DNA of 64,000 bases from Spirochaetia bacterium (GTDB taxonomy: Bacteria > Spirochaetota > Spirochaetia > DSM-2461), in assembly GCA_963666985.2 (NCBI GenBank), contig CAXXIA010000002.1:448001-512000 (forward strand), written 5' to 3'. A program made the translations under genes and the position numbers. The notes below the pieces were generated by a model. That model was not told the origin of the DNA, searched no databases, and worked only from the letters and a program-made list of their open reading frames with translations. Of the stretch, positions 18,940 to 28,307 are shown one piece after another. Numbering within the stretch: the first letter of the stretch is position 1; each line of letters begins with the position of its first letter.

Positions 18940-20526
18940 TTGAGTAAAGCGAACATCCTTGCGGTTGCCTCGGGTAAAGGCGGTGTCGGAAAAACCCTCA
19001 CTTCGGCGAACTTGGCGCTTGCGGCCGCCCGCGACGGCATCCCGGTCGCCCTGGTGGACGCCGATCCTTTATCGAACATCATGGCCCTTCTGGATTACGA
19101 GGTTCCCAAGCGGCCTCTGCCGAAAGAATTAACCGATCCCGAATCCCAGGCTTTTCGGGTGGCGCCCCGATTTGAAGTCTTCTTCCCTCAAGCCAAATCA
19201 TCACATGAAGAAGCGGCCGGACTCATCGGGGAGCTGATCGAACGGCACAGAGCCTGGCTGGATAACCGCTATGGTCTTGTTATTATCGACATGCCCGCGG
19301 GAGCCGGTCCGGAGGGAACGTTCTCCTACCTCTCCGAAGCGGACGCCCTCCTTTTGGTAACGAACCCGGAACCGACGGCCCATGTCGCCGCGGGCGCCCT
19401 TTTGCGGAACATCGGCGATGAATGGGGAAATCGTCCGATCTATCTCTGGCACAATAAGTACGAAGCCCGCCCCGAGGAGGATTTCGATCCGGACGATGTT
19501 ATCGGCAACTACAACCGAAACGTGCCCGAATCCGAACGGCTCGACATCCCTTCACCCACTCCGGTGGCGTTCATCCCGCCCGACCCGGCTCTGGATTTAA
19601 CGAAAGCCGATCCTCCCGTTACCGTGGATCTGCACCGCGCTCTTTCGAGCACTTTGGAAGCTTTGGCGGATGCCTCGCTTCCGCCCGTTCCCAAATCGGC
19701 CGGTTCGAAATCCGCGGCTCTTATCGGATACTTCATGAGAAAAACCGGAAATGACGGAAACCCCGAGGCCGTTCTGAACGAGCTGGAATCCTTCCTGAAA
19801 AAATCGGCCGGTTCAGCAGATTCTGCCGCTCCCAAAGGAATCGCCCCCCTCCCCGAAGCACTCCGCACCGATCTTCTCACATGGATTTCAGCCGCCGGGG
19901 ATTCGCCTGTCCGCAGACAGATTCTCAAGGCGAAAGAAGTACTCGACCTCTATATTGAAGAACTTGAAGCCCAAAGCGGAACTTTCGCATCGCCCAAAGC
20001 ATCCGTTTCCAAAAAGGCCGTCGACAGGGAAATCGTTCCATTGCTGAAGACTCTCTCCTGTCTTCCGAAGAACTCACCCCTACGAACTTTGTCGGGACTT
20101 CTTCTGTTCCGATACGCCCTTTTAAAGCTCTTCGCCAACGAATCCGCCCTGAAACTCGTCTCGACATTCCTGCCGCGCCGGGAAGAGGGCGGAACGCTTG
20201 TAAGGGACAGAAGGAAGCAGATCCTCCGGCTTATCGGCAAGGATGCGGCTTATCAGGAACGCTACTTCGCCCTGGTGAAAAAACTCTATCCGGTGGTGGG
20301 CCGTCAGCTGGATCATTTGGTATCCGCCTTCGACCTTCGCAGTCTGCTGTTCCGCAATAACGACGGATCACCCGCAAAAAGCGTTTACGCCAAACTCTTC
20401 AGCGCCACTCTGTACGAGATTCTCAACAGCGGTCTCGGCGTGGTGGCCGGATTTCGTTTCCGCCCCTCCTCAAGAGCCTTCCGGCAGGGGTATGAAACCA
20501 TCATGGGCCGACTGAGCCGGGATTGA
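18940..20526 (+). CDS. MinD/FlhG/ParA-family P-loop ATPase with a large extra region
   Basis: Deviant Walker A SGKGGVGKT, VDAD, IIDMPAG, VTNPEPTA, NK; 528 aa. Confidence 0.85.
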   Translation: MSKANILAVASGKGGVGKTLTSANLALAAARDGIPVALVDADPLSNIMALLDYEVPKRPLPKELTDPESQAFRVAPRFEVFFPQAKSSHEEAAGLIGELIERHRAWLDNRYGLVIIDMPAGAGPEGTFSYLSEADALLLVTNPEPTAHVAAGALLRNIGDEWGNRPIYLWHNKYEARPEEDFDPDDVIGNYNRNVPESERLDIPSPTPVAFIPPDPALDLTKADPPVTVDLHRALSSTLEALADASLPPVPKSAGSKSAALIGYFMRKTGNDGNPEAVLNELESFLKKSAGSADSAAPKGIAPLPEALRTDLLTWISAAGDSPVRRQILKAKEVLDLYIEELEAQSGTFASPKASVSKKAVDREIVPLLKTLSCLPKNSPLRTLSGLLLFRYALLKLFANESALKLVSTFLPRREEGGTLVRDRRKQILRLIGKDAAYQERYFALVKKLYPVVGRQLDHLVSAFDLRSLLFRNNDGSPAKSVYAKLFSATLYEILNSGLGVVAGFRFRPSSRAFRQGYETIMGRLSRD

Positions 20527-20564
20527 CTGGCGTAAATACGCCTTATTTCAGTAAAATAAGCCCC

Positions 20565-21857
20565 ATGAATGTTACCGAACGCGCCCGCCGGGCCCGGGAT
20601 GCCGGCCGCCGTATCCTTTCTCAAAACGCCGAAGTCCGCACCGCGGCTCTGGCCTCAATCCGAAGAAATCTTGATAAACGCGCCGAAGAGATTTTCGCGG
20701 CCAATACGGCGGATCTGCAGCGATCCGCCGCCGAAGGTCTGGCCTCGCCGCTGATGAAAAGGCTGAAGTTCGACAGGCCGAAACTCGATCGGGTTCTGGA
20801 AGGCATCGCGGCTCTTGAAGCTTCGGAAGATCCCATGGGACGCATTCTGGAAAAGAGGGAACTGGATACGGGACTCATTCTCAGCCGCGTCGCCGGACCC
20901 ATAGGCGTTATCGGAATGATCTTCGAGTCACGGCCCGATGCCCTGGTTCAGATAGCGACGCTCTGCCTGCGTTCGGGCAACGCTGTTATCCTTAAAGGCG
21001 GCTCGGAAGCGCTGGAAACCAACCGCGTTCTCGCCGCCGTTATCGATGAAGCCTCCACCGATTCATCGCTTCCCGGCGGCGGGATTCCCGCAGGCTGGAT
21101 ACAGCTGGCCGAAACCCGGGAAGACGTGAAGGAAATGCTGGGTTTGGACGGTCTGATCGATCTTCTCATCCCCCGGGGCTCCAACGAATTCGTCGCGAAA
21201 ATCATGCGGGAATCATCCATTCCCGTCCTCGGTCACGCCGACGGTATCTGCCATGTTTATCTCGATGCGGCGGCCGATCCGGCAAAAGCCGTTCCCATCG
21301 TCGTGGATTCGAAAATGCAGTACATCGCCGTATGCAACGCGGCCGAAACCCTGCTGGTTCATGCAGCCGCCGCAGAAAAACTGCTCCCTCCGGTGAAAAA
21401 AGCTCTGGAAGAAGCGGGTTGTACCCTCAAAGGCTGCAAACGGACTCAAAAAATAATTGACGTTGCGCCGGCAACCGAGGAGGACTGGTCCACCGAATAT
21501 CTGGACGCGATTCTCTCCATAAAAATCGTGGACAGCCTTGAAGAGGCCGTGAATCACATCAATAAATACGGATCGGGGCACACCGACGCCATCGTTACCG
21601 AAGACGAAGAGGCGGCCGAGCACTTCCTGACCGGCGTGGACTCGGCGGATGTTTTTCATAACTGTTCCACGCGGTTCGCGGACGGATTCGTTTTCGGACT
21701 GGGTGCGGAAGTGGGCATTTCCACGTCGAAAATCCACGCCCGCGGTCCTGTAGGGGTAAACGGCCTTTTAAGCTACAGGTGGCGATTAAAAGGCGACGGA
21801 CACATCATCGCCGATTACAACGAAGGACGAAAATCCTTCACCCACAGAGATTTATAG
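20565..21857 (+). CDS. proA: Glutamate-5-semialdehyde dehydrogenase
   Basis: GVIGMIFESRP, SGNAVILKGGSEA, IPRGS, CNAAETLL, GSGHTDAI, GAEVGIST, HARGPVG. Confidence 0.97.
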   Translation: MNVTERARRARDAGRRILSQNAEVRTAALASIRRNLDKRAEEIFAANTADLQRSAAEGLASPLMKRLKFDRPKLDRVLEGIAALEASEDPMGRILEKRELDTGLILSRVAGPIGVIGMIFESRPDALVQIATLCLRSGNAVILKGGSEALETNRVLAAVIDEASTDSSLPGGGIPAGWIQLAETREDVKEMLGLDGLIDLLIPRGSNEFVAKIMRESSIPVLGHADGICHVYLDAAADPAKAVPIVVDSKMQYIAVCNAAETLLVHAAAAEKLLPPVKKALEEAGCTLKGCKRTQKIIDVAPATEEDWSTEYLDAILSIKIVDSLEEAVNHINKYGSGHTDAIVTEDEEAAEHFLTGVDSADVFHNCSTRFADGFVFGLGAEVGISTSKIHARGPVGVNGLLSYRWRLKGDGHIIADYNEGRKSFTHRDL

Positions 21858-21861
21858 AATC

Positions 21862-22971
21862 GTGAGAGACTTCAGCGGCATCAGGCGCATTGTCGTCAAG
21901 GTCGGAACCAACGTTCTGGCCCCCGGAGGCGTTCCGGACGATGAACGGATTACAAAGCTGGCCGAAGACATGGCCGCTCTCCGAGACCGCGGCTACAGCC
22001 TTATTATCGTAACATCGGGGGCCATCGGCTTCGGGGCCGGTGCTCTCGGACTGGAAAGGCGCCCCAAAAAAGTGGAAATGCGCCAGGCCTGCGCCGCGGT
22101 GGGGCAGCCCATCCTTATGAACCGCTGGCAGACCGCGCTGAGCGCACATAACATCATCGCGGCGCAAATACTGCTGAGCCGTGAAATCTTCGACGACCGG
22201 CACGGCTTTTTAAACCTGAAGAACTCCGTGGAAAGCCTTTTATCCCTGGGCGCCGTGCCCGTTTTGAACGAAAACGACAGCGTTTCCACAGAGGAAATCG
22301 GCGATGTCTTCGGCGACAACGACTCCTTAAGCGCCCACATCGCCAGCAAACTCGACGCCGGACTGTTGGTTCTTTTAACCGATATCGACGCACTCTACGA
22401 TAAAGATCCGAGAACGCATGAAGACGCCGCGCCTCTTCACCTCGTGGATAAAGTCACGGATAAAATCAGAGCCGCGGCCGGGAACGCGGGAAGCGAGCAC
22501 TCCACCGGCGGAATGATTACGAAACTGCGCGCCGTCGAAGTGGCCTCCCGCGCCGGATGCCGTACCGTCTTGGCCGACGGCCGCCGGGACGGCGTGCTTA
22601 AGAGCATCATAGACGGTGAAAATGTCGGCACGCTGTTTCTCGCCGGCAAAAAGATGGGCGCCAGAGTCCGATGGATACTCAGCGTGCGCCCCAAGGGGAG
22701 CATCCTGGTCGACGAAGGAGCCCTCGCGGCGCTGAAGAAACGGAAAAGCCTTCTTCCGAAGGGCGTTACCGGCGTTGAAGGCGCTTTCAACGCCGGCGAT
22801 GTGGTCTGCATCGGAACCGAATACCAGGCCGTGGCGTCCATGAGCAGCGAGGAAATCCTCCGGGTGATGGGCCGCCATTCCCGTGATATCAAGACCTTAC
22901 TCGGCCCCGGACGTAAAGAAGAAATCGCGCGCGCCGAAGACATCGTACCAATTCCCCTGACGGATCAATAA
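21862..22971 (+). CDS. proB: Glutamate 5-kinase with PUA domain
   Basis: IVVKVGT, VTSGAI, AAVGQ, NENDSV, FGDNDSLSA, TGGMITK, SLLPKGV. Confidence 0.97.
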   Translation: MRDFSGIRRIVVKVGTNVLAPGGVPDDERITKLAEDMAALRDRGYSLIIVTSGAIGFGAGALGLERRPKKVEMRQACAAVGQPILMNRWQTALSAHNIIAAQILLSREIFDDRHGFLNLKNSVESLLSLGAVPVLNENDSVSTEEIGDVFGDNDSLSAHIASKLDAGLLVLLTDIDALYDKDPRTHEDAAPLHLVDKVTDKIRAAAGNAGSEHSTGGMITKLRAVEVASRAGCRTVLADGRRDGVLKSIIDGENVGTLFLAGKKMGARVRWILSVRPKGSILVDEGALAALKKRKSLLPKGVTGVEGAFNAGDVVCIGTEYQAVASMSSEEILRVMGRHSRDIKTLLGPGRKEEIARAEDIVPIPLTDQ

Positions 22972-22992
22972 CTCTCGCCTATACTTATATTG

Positions 22993-24501
22993 ATGTCTAC
23001 TATTAGCGAATCTCGGCAGGCTGTGGAGACCTCTTGGAAAGTTTTGATCGTCGATGATGAACCGCAGATCCATCTGATGACAAAAACGGTCTTGAGGAAT
23101 TTTCGTTTCGATGATAAACCGCTCCATTTTCTCAGCGCCTACAACAGCGAAGAAACGAAGAAAATATTGGCAGAGGAAAACGATATCGCACTGATTTTAC
23201 TGGATGTCGTCATGGAAACAGACGATGCCGGATTAAAGCTCGTTAAGTATATCAGAGAGAATTTGGAGAACTATCTGACGAGAATTATCCTGAGAACCGG
23301 CCAGCCCGGACAAGCTCCCGAACGTCAGGTTATAACCGATTATGAAATCAACGATTATAAGGAAAAAATCGATCTTACTTCCAGCCGGCTGTTCATCGCC
23401 ATCGTTAAGTCCTTAAAGAGCTATCAAACCTTAAAACAAATGCGTCAAATCAACGAAGAACTGGAACAATCCCGATTATGCTTTTCTCAACTCATCGAAG
23501 CATCCTCCAAACTCTTCGCTGTAAGAGACCTTGATACTTTTTACTCGGAACTCACCGCGCAGGTTCCGACATTATTGGGTCCCGTCGTGAACGCAATGGT
23601 TGCGGATATTCCAACCGGGAAAATCCTCGCCGCGGGCGGGAAATGGCGCGAAAAGACGGGACTTCACATGAATGAAGTCCTGAATCCCTCTCTTCTTAAA
23701 GAAATCGATTATCCGCAAGAACGGTCATTGGTTGGAAATGGCGATAAGCATTTCGTCTGCCGGTTCAATTCCGCCCGGGAGACGGATTACCGCCTCATCA
23801 TCGATGGTATTGAAGGATGCCCCGAAGACTCTGAGAAGCTGCTCGAAGTGTTCTGCGGAAACGCGAATATCGTATTCAGCAACCTGGTCCTTGAGGAAGA
23901 TGCCCTGGCAACGCAGAGTGAAATGATAGAACTCCTCGGCGACGTCGTAGAGAATCGGTCCCAGGAACTTCAGGGTCATGTCCACCGTGTCAGCGACTAC
24001 GCGGTGTTCCTGGCGCGAAAAGCGGGAATCCCGGAAGAGGACATTGTTATTCTGAAAAACGCCGTCCCCATGCACGATATCGGAAAAATCGGCATCGTCG
24101 ATTCGATTCTTCTCAAACCGGGGAAGCTTTCCGAAGAAGAATATGCGATAATGAAAACCCACACGACGATTGGGTATGAAATCTTAAAATTCTCGTCGTA
24201 TAAATTGTTCCAGATGGCGGCTATTATCGCCAGGGAACATCATGAACAATGGGACGGGAACGGATACCCCAGAGGACTTTCCGGAGAAGATATTCATATC
24301 CTGGGAAGAATAACCTGCCTCGTCGATGTGTTTGACGCCCTTACAAGCGATAGGGTGTATAGAAAAGCCTGGGGTTTCGAACGAACCATGGAGTATATAA
24401 GGGAAGGAAGGGGAAAGAACTTCGATCCCCATCTTGTCGATCTCTTTTTGGAAGATCCCGGGCCCATCAGGAAAATTATGATCCGATACAAGGACCAATA
24501 A
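22993..24501 (+). CDS. Response regulator: receiver + DUF3369-like + HD-GYP c-di-GMP phosphodiesterase
   Basis: IVDDE, LLDVVME, RTGQPG; HVHRV, MHDIGKIG, HHEQWDGNGYP, DVFDALTSDRVYRKAW. Confidence 0.92.
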   Translation: MSTISESRQAVETSWKVLIVDDEPQIHLMTKTVLRNFRFDDKPLHFLSAYNSEETKKILAEENDIALILLDVVMETDDAGLKLVKYIRENLENYLTRIILRTGQPGQAPERQVITDYEINDYKEKIDLTSSRLFIAIVKSLKSYQTLKQMRQINEELEQSRLCFSQLIEASSKLFAVRDLDTFYSELTAQVPTLLGPVVNAMVADIPTGKILAAGGKWREKTGLHMNEVLNPSLLKEIDYPQERSLVGNGDKHFVCRFNSARETDYRLIIDGIEGCPEDSEKLLEVFCGNANIVFSNLVLEEDALATQSEMIELLGDVVENRSQELQGHVHRVSDYAVFLARKAGIPEEDIVILKNAVPMHDIGKIGIVDSILLKPGKLSEEEYAIMKTHTTIGYEILKFSSYKLFQMAAIIAREHHEQWDGNGYPRGLSGEDIHILGRITCLVDVFDALTSDRVYRKAWGFERTMEYIREGRGKNFDPHLVDLFLEDPGPIRKIMIRYKDQ

Positions 24502-24511
24502 GGCGGGGATT

Positions 24512-24736
24512 GTGGCGAAAAGTATCAATTTGGATAAAGCCGGACTCGTGGAAATTACCGGAGCCGGTTTAATCTTGGAAATCACGGAAGATGAGAAGAA
24601 CCGGGTTCTCGTACGGGTGGAATCCGAACTCGGCGGCCGGCGCATCATCATCAAACAGCATGAAGAAGACGCACGCTGTTTTGTTTTCAGCCTGGACAGT
24701 CCCGAGAGCGGTCCGAAACTTACCCTGGTGAAATAA
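24512..24736 (+). CDS. Small hypothetical protein (74 aa)
   Basis: Fills the gap between co-oriented genes, GGGGA before the GTG start, plausible composition. Confidence 0.55.
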   Translation: MAKSINLDKAGLVEITGAGLILEITEDEKNRVLVRVESELGGRRIIIKQHEEDARCFVFSLDSPESGPKLTLVK

Positions 24737-24779
24737 CCGGCGATGAAAAAAATCGATGCCCGAATATTAAGGATTCCGC

Positions 24780-25328
24780 ATGACTTGGCATAAAGGCCGC
24801 TTGGAAGCGCTCACCGGCGATATCACGACTCTGGAAGTCGACGCCATCGTCAATGCCGCGAACTCAAGCCTTCTGGGCGGAGGCGGAGTCGACGGCGCCA
24901 TACACAGAGTCGGCGGCCCTAAAATCATGGAGGAATGCCGACAAATACGTCAAAACGAGTATCCTCGCGGTCTGCCCACGGGGCAAGCGGTTATCACCGA
25001 CGCCGGGAACCTGCCCTGTAAATTCGTTATCCACACAGTCGGTCCCGTCTGGAACGGCGGGAACAGCGGTGAAGAAGAACTTCTTGCGGATGCTTACCGG
25101 AACTCTCTGGAAAGGGCCGCCGAAGTGGGAGCCCACACCCTCGCTTATCCGGCCATTTCAACCGGGGTTTACGGATATCCCGCGGATCAAGCGGCGAAGG
25201 TGGTGTGGAAAGTTCTTTCCGCACGTCTGATGCATCACCGTCTGCCCGAAAAAATCATCCTGATTTTCTTCAGCATCCAGGCTCTCTCCACCTTTCTTGA
25301 CGCCGTTCCTCCGCCTGAGGTTCCATAG
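24780..25328 (+). CDS. Macrodomain protein (O-acetyl-ADP-ribose deacetylase, YmdB-like)
   Basis: GDIT, IVNAANSSLLGGGGVDGAIH, VIHTVGP, PAISTGVYGYP. Confidence 0.95.
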   Translation: MTWHKGRLEALTGDITTLEVDAIVNAANSSLLGGGGVDGAIHRVGGPKIMEECRQIRQNEYPRGLPTGQAVITDAGNLPCKFVIHTVGPVWNGGNSGEEELLADAYRNSLERAAEVGAHTLAYPAISTGVYGYPADQAAKVVWKVLSARLMHHRLPEKIILIFFSIQALSTFLDAVPPPEVP

Positions 25329-25335
25329 AATTCAC

Positions 25336-26859
25336 ATGACTCCGACTCTTCTCAATTGGCGTGAAATCGATGCGATTATCGCCGAATGGCCCTCGGGAGT
25401 CTCATGGCTCAGGAGAATCCGTCAGCCGGACTTCCGCCGCGTCATCCTCGAATTTTCCAATGTAAAAACCGCATGGTCCGTCGTCGTGGTTCTCGCGCCG
25501 CCCTACCCCCGTGTTCATCTTTACAATCCCCTTAAGAAATTGCCCAAAGCGCTTCCGAAGCCCCCGCGATTCACGGCCGTACTCAAATCACGCCTGGAGG
25601 GCGCCGGACTGGAATCGGTCGGCCAGCTCAGGAATGATAGGATCGTTCGATTTCGGTTCGACAAAGGCGATTCGACTCTGTTCCTGGATGCCAAGCTTTG
25701 GGGAAACAGTGCCAATCTCATCCTTTCCGATGCCGACGGCCGCATCATCGACGCCTTCTCCCGCCGGCCGAAACGCGGCGAGACTCCGGGAGAGAAATGG
25801 CCGCCCGAAGGCATCGGGCCATCCGCCAAGGGCCATAAGGCATCGGACGAAGAAGCGGTCGAGACCCGCAGCTTCGCTTTAAGGATTTTGCCCGACGGCA
25901 CGGCCGCTCCGGACCCTCCGGCGGAATCTCGAAACTACGCTTTAAGGATTTTACCCGGTGAAGGCAATTGGAACGCCCGCGTGGAAGCGTACTTCACGGC
26001 TCTGGAAGCGCAAGCCGACAGCAAGCGGCGAATCGGTCTCTGGGAAACCCACCTCAACCGGAGGGAAGTGGCCTTGGACGCCAGGAAACGCGCCATCGGC
26101 AAGAATGAATCACGGTTCGGCAGAGAACTCGAGAACGGCCGATGGGGCGATATTCTGATGGCGCATCTCCATGAGATTCCTGTCGGCGCGAATGTTCTGG
26201 AAGCAGAGGACTGGGAAGGGGGCGGAACGGTCAGGATTCCCCTGGACGCGTCATTGGGAGCCAAAGAAAACGCCGAGCGGTACTATGAGCGCCGCAAAAA
26301 GGCGGTACGCGCGCTGGAACGACTGGAAGAAGATCGCCGGGTTTTGGAACGGACAAGGGCGGTCTTAACGGATCTGCGCCGCCGTCTCGAAGAAGGCGAC
26401 ACGGACGCTCCTCCCTTCGATGCCGATCCTCCCGAGGGGAAGCACGGAAGGACGGCCGCGAAAACGTCCCTTCCCGGTCTCTGGATCAGGAAAAGCGATC
26501 ATATCATCGTCGTAGGCCGCGGCGCCGTCGAAAGCGACACACTGCTCCGACGCTGGGCCCGGGGCAACGATCTCTGGCTCCATGCCCGCGACTTTCCCGG
26601 AGGCCATGTTTTTGTCCGCTCTCCCCGCGGCAGAAGCGTTCCGCTGGAGGTGCTTTTGGACGCCGGCAATCTCGCCCTCTCTTACAGTAAGGGAAAAAAT
26701 TCGGGCGAAGCGGATCTCTATTATACTCAAGTTAAGAACCTGCGCCGCGCGAAGGGACGCGGAACGGGAACCGTTCTGCCCACCCGGGAAAAGAACCTTC
26801 GGGTTAAACTGGATTCGGCCCGGCTTGAAGCTCTCAAGGCTCTGGCGGAAACGGGCTGA
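25336..26859 (+). CDS. NFACT family protein (RqcH/Rqc2/FbpA-like ribosome quality control factor)
   Basis: LNWREID, NDRI, ANLILSD, ENAERYYERRKK, DLWLHARDFPGGHV, YTQVKNLRR. Confidence 0.88.
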   Translation: MTPTLLNWREIDAIIAEWPSGVSWLRRIRQPDFRRVILEFSNVKTAWSVVVVLAPPYPRVHLYNPLKKLPKALPKPPRFTAVLKSRLEGAGLESVGQLRNDRIVRFRFDKGDSTLFLDAKLWGNSANLILSDADGRIIDAFSRRPKRGETPGEKWPPEGIGPSAKGHKASDEEAVETRSFALRILPDGTAAPDPPAESRNYALRILPGEGNWNARVEAYFTALEAQADSKRRIGLWETHLNRREVALDARKRAIGKNESRFGRELENGRWGDILMAHLHEIPVGANVLEAEDWEGGGTVRIPLDASLGAKENAERYYERRKKAVRALERLEEDRRVLERTRAVLTDLRRRLEEGDTDAPPFDADPPEGKHGRTAAKTSLPGLWIRKSDHIIVVGRGAVESDTLLRRWARGNDLWLHARDFPGGHVFVRSPRGRSVPLEVLLDAGNLALSYSKGKNSGEADLYYTQVKNLRRAKGRGTGTVLPTREKNLRVKLDSARLEALKALAETG

Positions 26860-26877
26860 AATGCGGGCGCATGGCCG

Positions 26878-28038
26878 CTACTTAATTGAAACCACAGCAA
26901 TTGTTACATCATCAGAATACTTATTTTCGGAATGATATTTTTTAAAATTCTCAAAGATAACCTCGGTCGTTAAGGGTAAAGAAAGGAGTCTCTCAAATTG
27001 TCTTTTTATTTCCATATCATCTACCATTTTACCCTTTTCTGCGATCTCAATGAGTCCGTCTGTAAAAAGAACTATTTTATCACCGCTTTGTAATTTAAGA
27101 GTCTTTTCCGTATAAACAATCTCTCTTCTAAAACCTATCACCGGATTACTCTGTAAAGAACTATAACATTTCCCATTCCTTAGAATATAAATGGGAAGAT
27201 TACCTGCTCCGGCAACACTTATTCTTTTATCGTTCTTTCTGATCAATACAACAGTAAATGTTACAAAGATATTATTTTTATCTCCAAGAGCATCACAAAG
27301 TCTTTTATTGATTAAAGTTAAAAATTCCGAGACTGAGAACCTGCTCATCTCTCGAAGTATTGTTGTTGTAATAATTTTAAGCATGGCGGTAACAAAAGCC
27401 GGCGTTATACCATGACCAGAAACATCACCCAAGAGTAAAAGCTGATAATATCGATTCAAATTCACCAAATCATAATAGTCACCGCCGCAATGATAATCAG
27501 AGAGCGGTTCATATTTAAAATCAACAGAAATTTCATCGGAAGGGCTTCTCAAGGGTTTGAGTATTTGTTTTTGAAATTCTCCCGCAAACTCAAGCTGCTT
27601 TTGCACTCTCTTCTGCAAATTTGAATTATCACACCTCATTTTATATAGCTTTTGGGCTTTTTTAATCTCCGACAAGATTTCTTCCGAGGACCAAGGTTTA
27701 AAAATCAAAGCTTGGATTTCCGCCGTTATAGCTTTTTGAATTTCCGGTAAATCGGAATACGCCGTAAGAAGGATTAGAAGAATCTTGGGAAATAATTCAT
27801 GAATATAAAGTAAAAAATCACTCCCCGTTAAATTAGGAGCCGGCATACGCAAGTCCGTAATAAGTAAGAATACTTTATCGGAATTTTTTATTATAAATTC
27901 CATTGCCTCGGAAGTTGCTTCAAAAACCTTTACGCAAATGGGTTCATCAAGTGGTGCAATTTCAAGTTCCCATTGCAAAGATCGAAGAATCTGAGGCTCA
28001 TCATCAACAATAACAATAATCTTTTCGCTATATTCCAT
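26878..28038 (-). CDS. Receiver + PP2C/SpoIIE (RsbU-like) phosphatase
   Basis: IVDDE, ITDLRMP, KPW; GGDYYD, GDVSGHG, FTDGL, DDVT. Confidence 0.92.
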   Translation of the reverse strand: MEYSEKIIVIVDDEPQILRSLQWELEIAPLDEPICVKVFEATSEAMEFIIKNSDKVFLLITDLRMPAPNLTGSDFLLYIHELFPKILLILLTAYSDLPEIQKAITAEIQALIFKPWSSEEILSEIKKAQKLYKMRCDNSNLQKRVQKQLEFAGEFQKQILKPLRSPSDEISVDFKYEPLSDYHCGGDYYDLVNLNRYYQLLLLGDVSGHGITPAFVTAMLKIITTTILREMSRFSVSEFLTLINKRLCDALGDKNNIFVTFTVVLIRKNDKRISVAGAGNLPIYILRNGKCYSSLQSNPVIGFRREIVYTEKTLKLQSGDKIVLFTDGLIEIAEKGKMVDDMEIKRQFERLLSLPLTTEVIFENFKKYHSENKYSDDVTIAVVSIK

Positions 28039-28307
28039 TAAAAGAATACCACCTAAAAATCAAGTATCAACTTTTAAGAATTTATTGTTATTATAAATAT
28101 AAGGTATATATTAACACTATTTAACATATTAGGCAATTAACCCAATTAGATAAGCCTAAAGGATTCAAATGGAAACATAAGTTTTGCTGAATTACATCCT
28201 TTTTTACAGGCATATTCAAGCCATAAACCACAAGAGTGTTGAATATCATCAATATGACTGATAACGCAAAGATCGCTACGAAAAGGAGATTTTCTTAAAG
28301 TTTATTA

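Noticed and set aside
20565..22971. proA preceding proB as a novelty
   Set aside because: The reversed order is, to my knowledge, already seen in spirochaetes; both genes look ordinary
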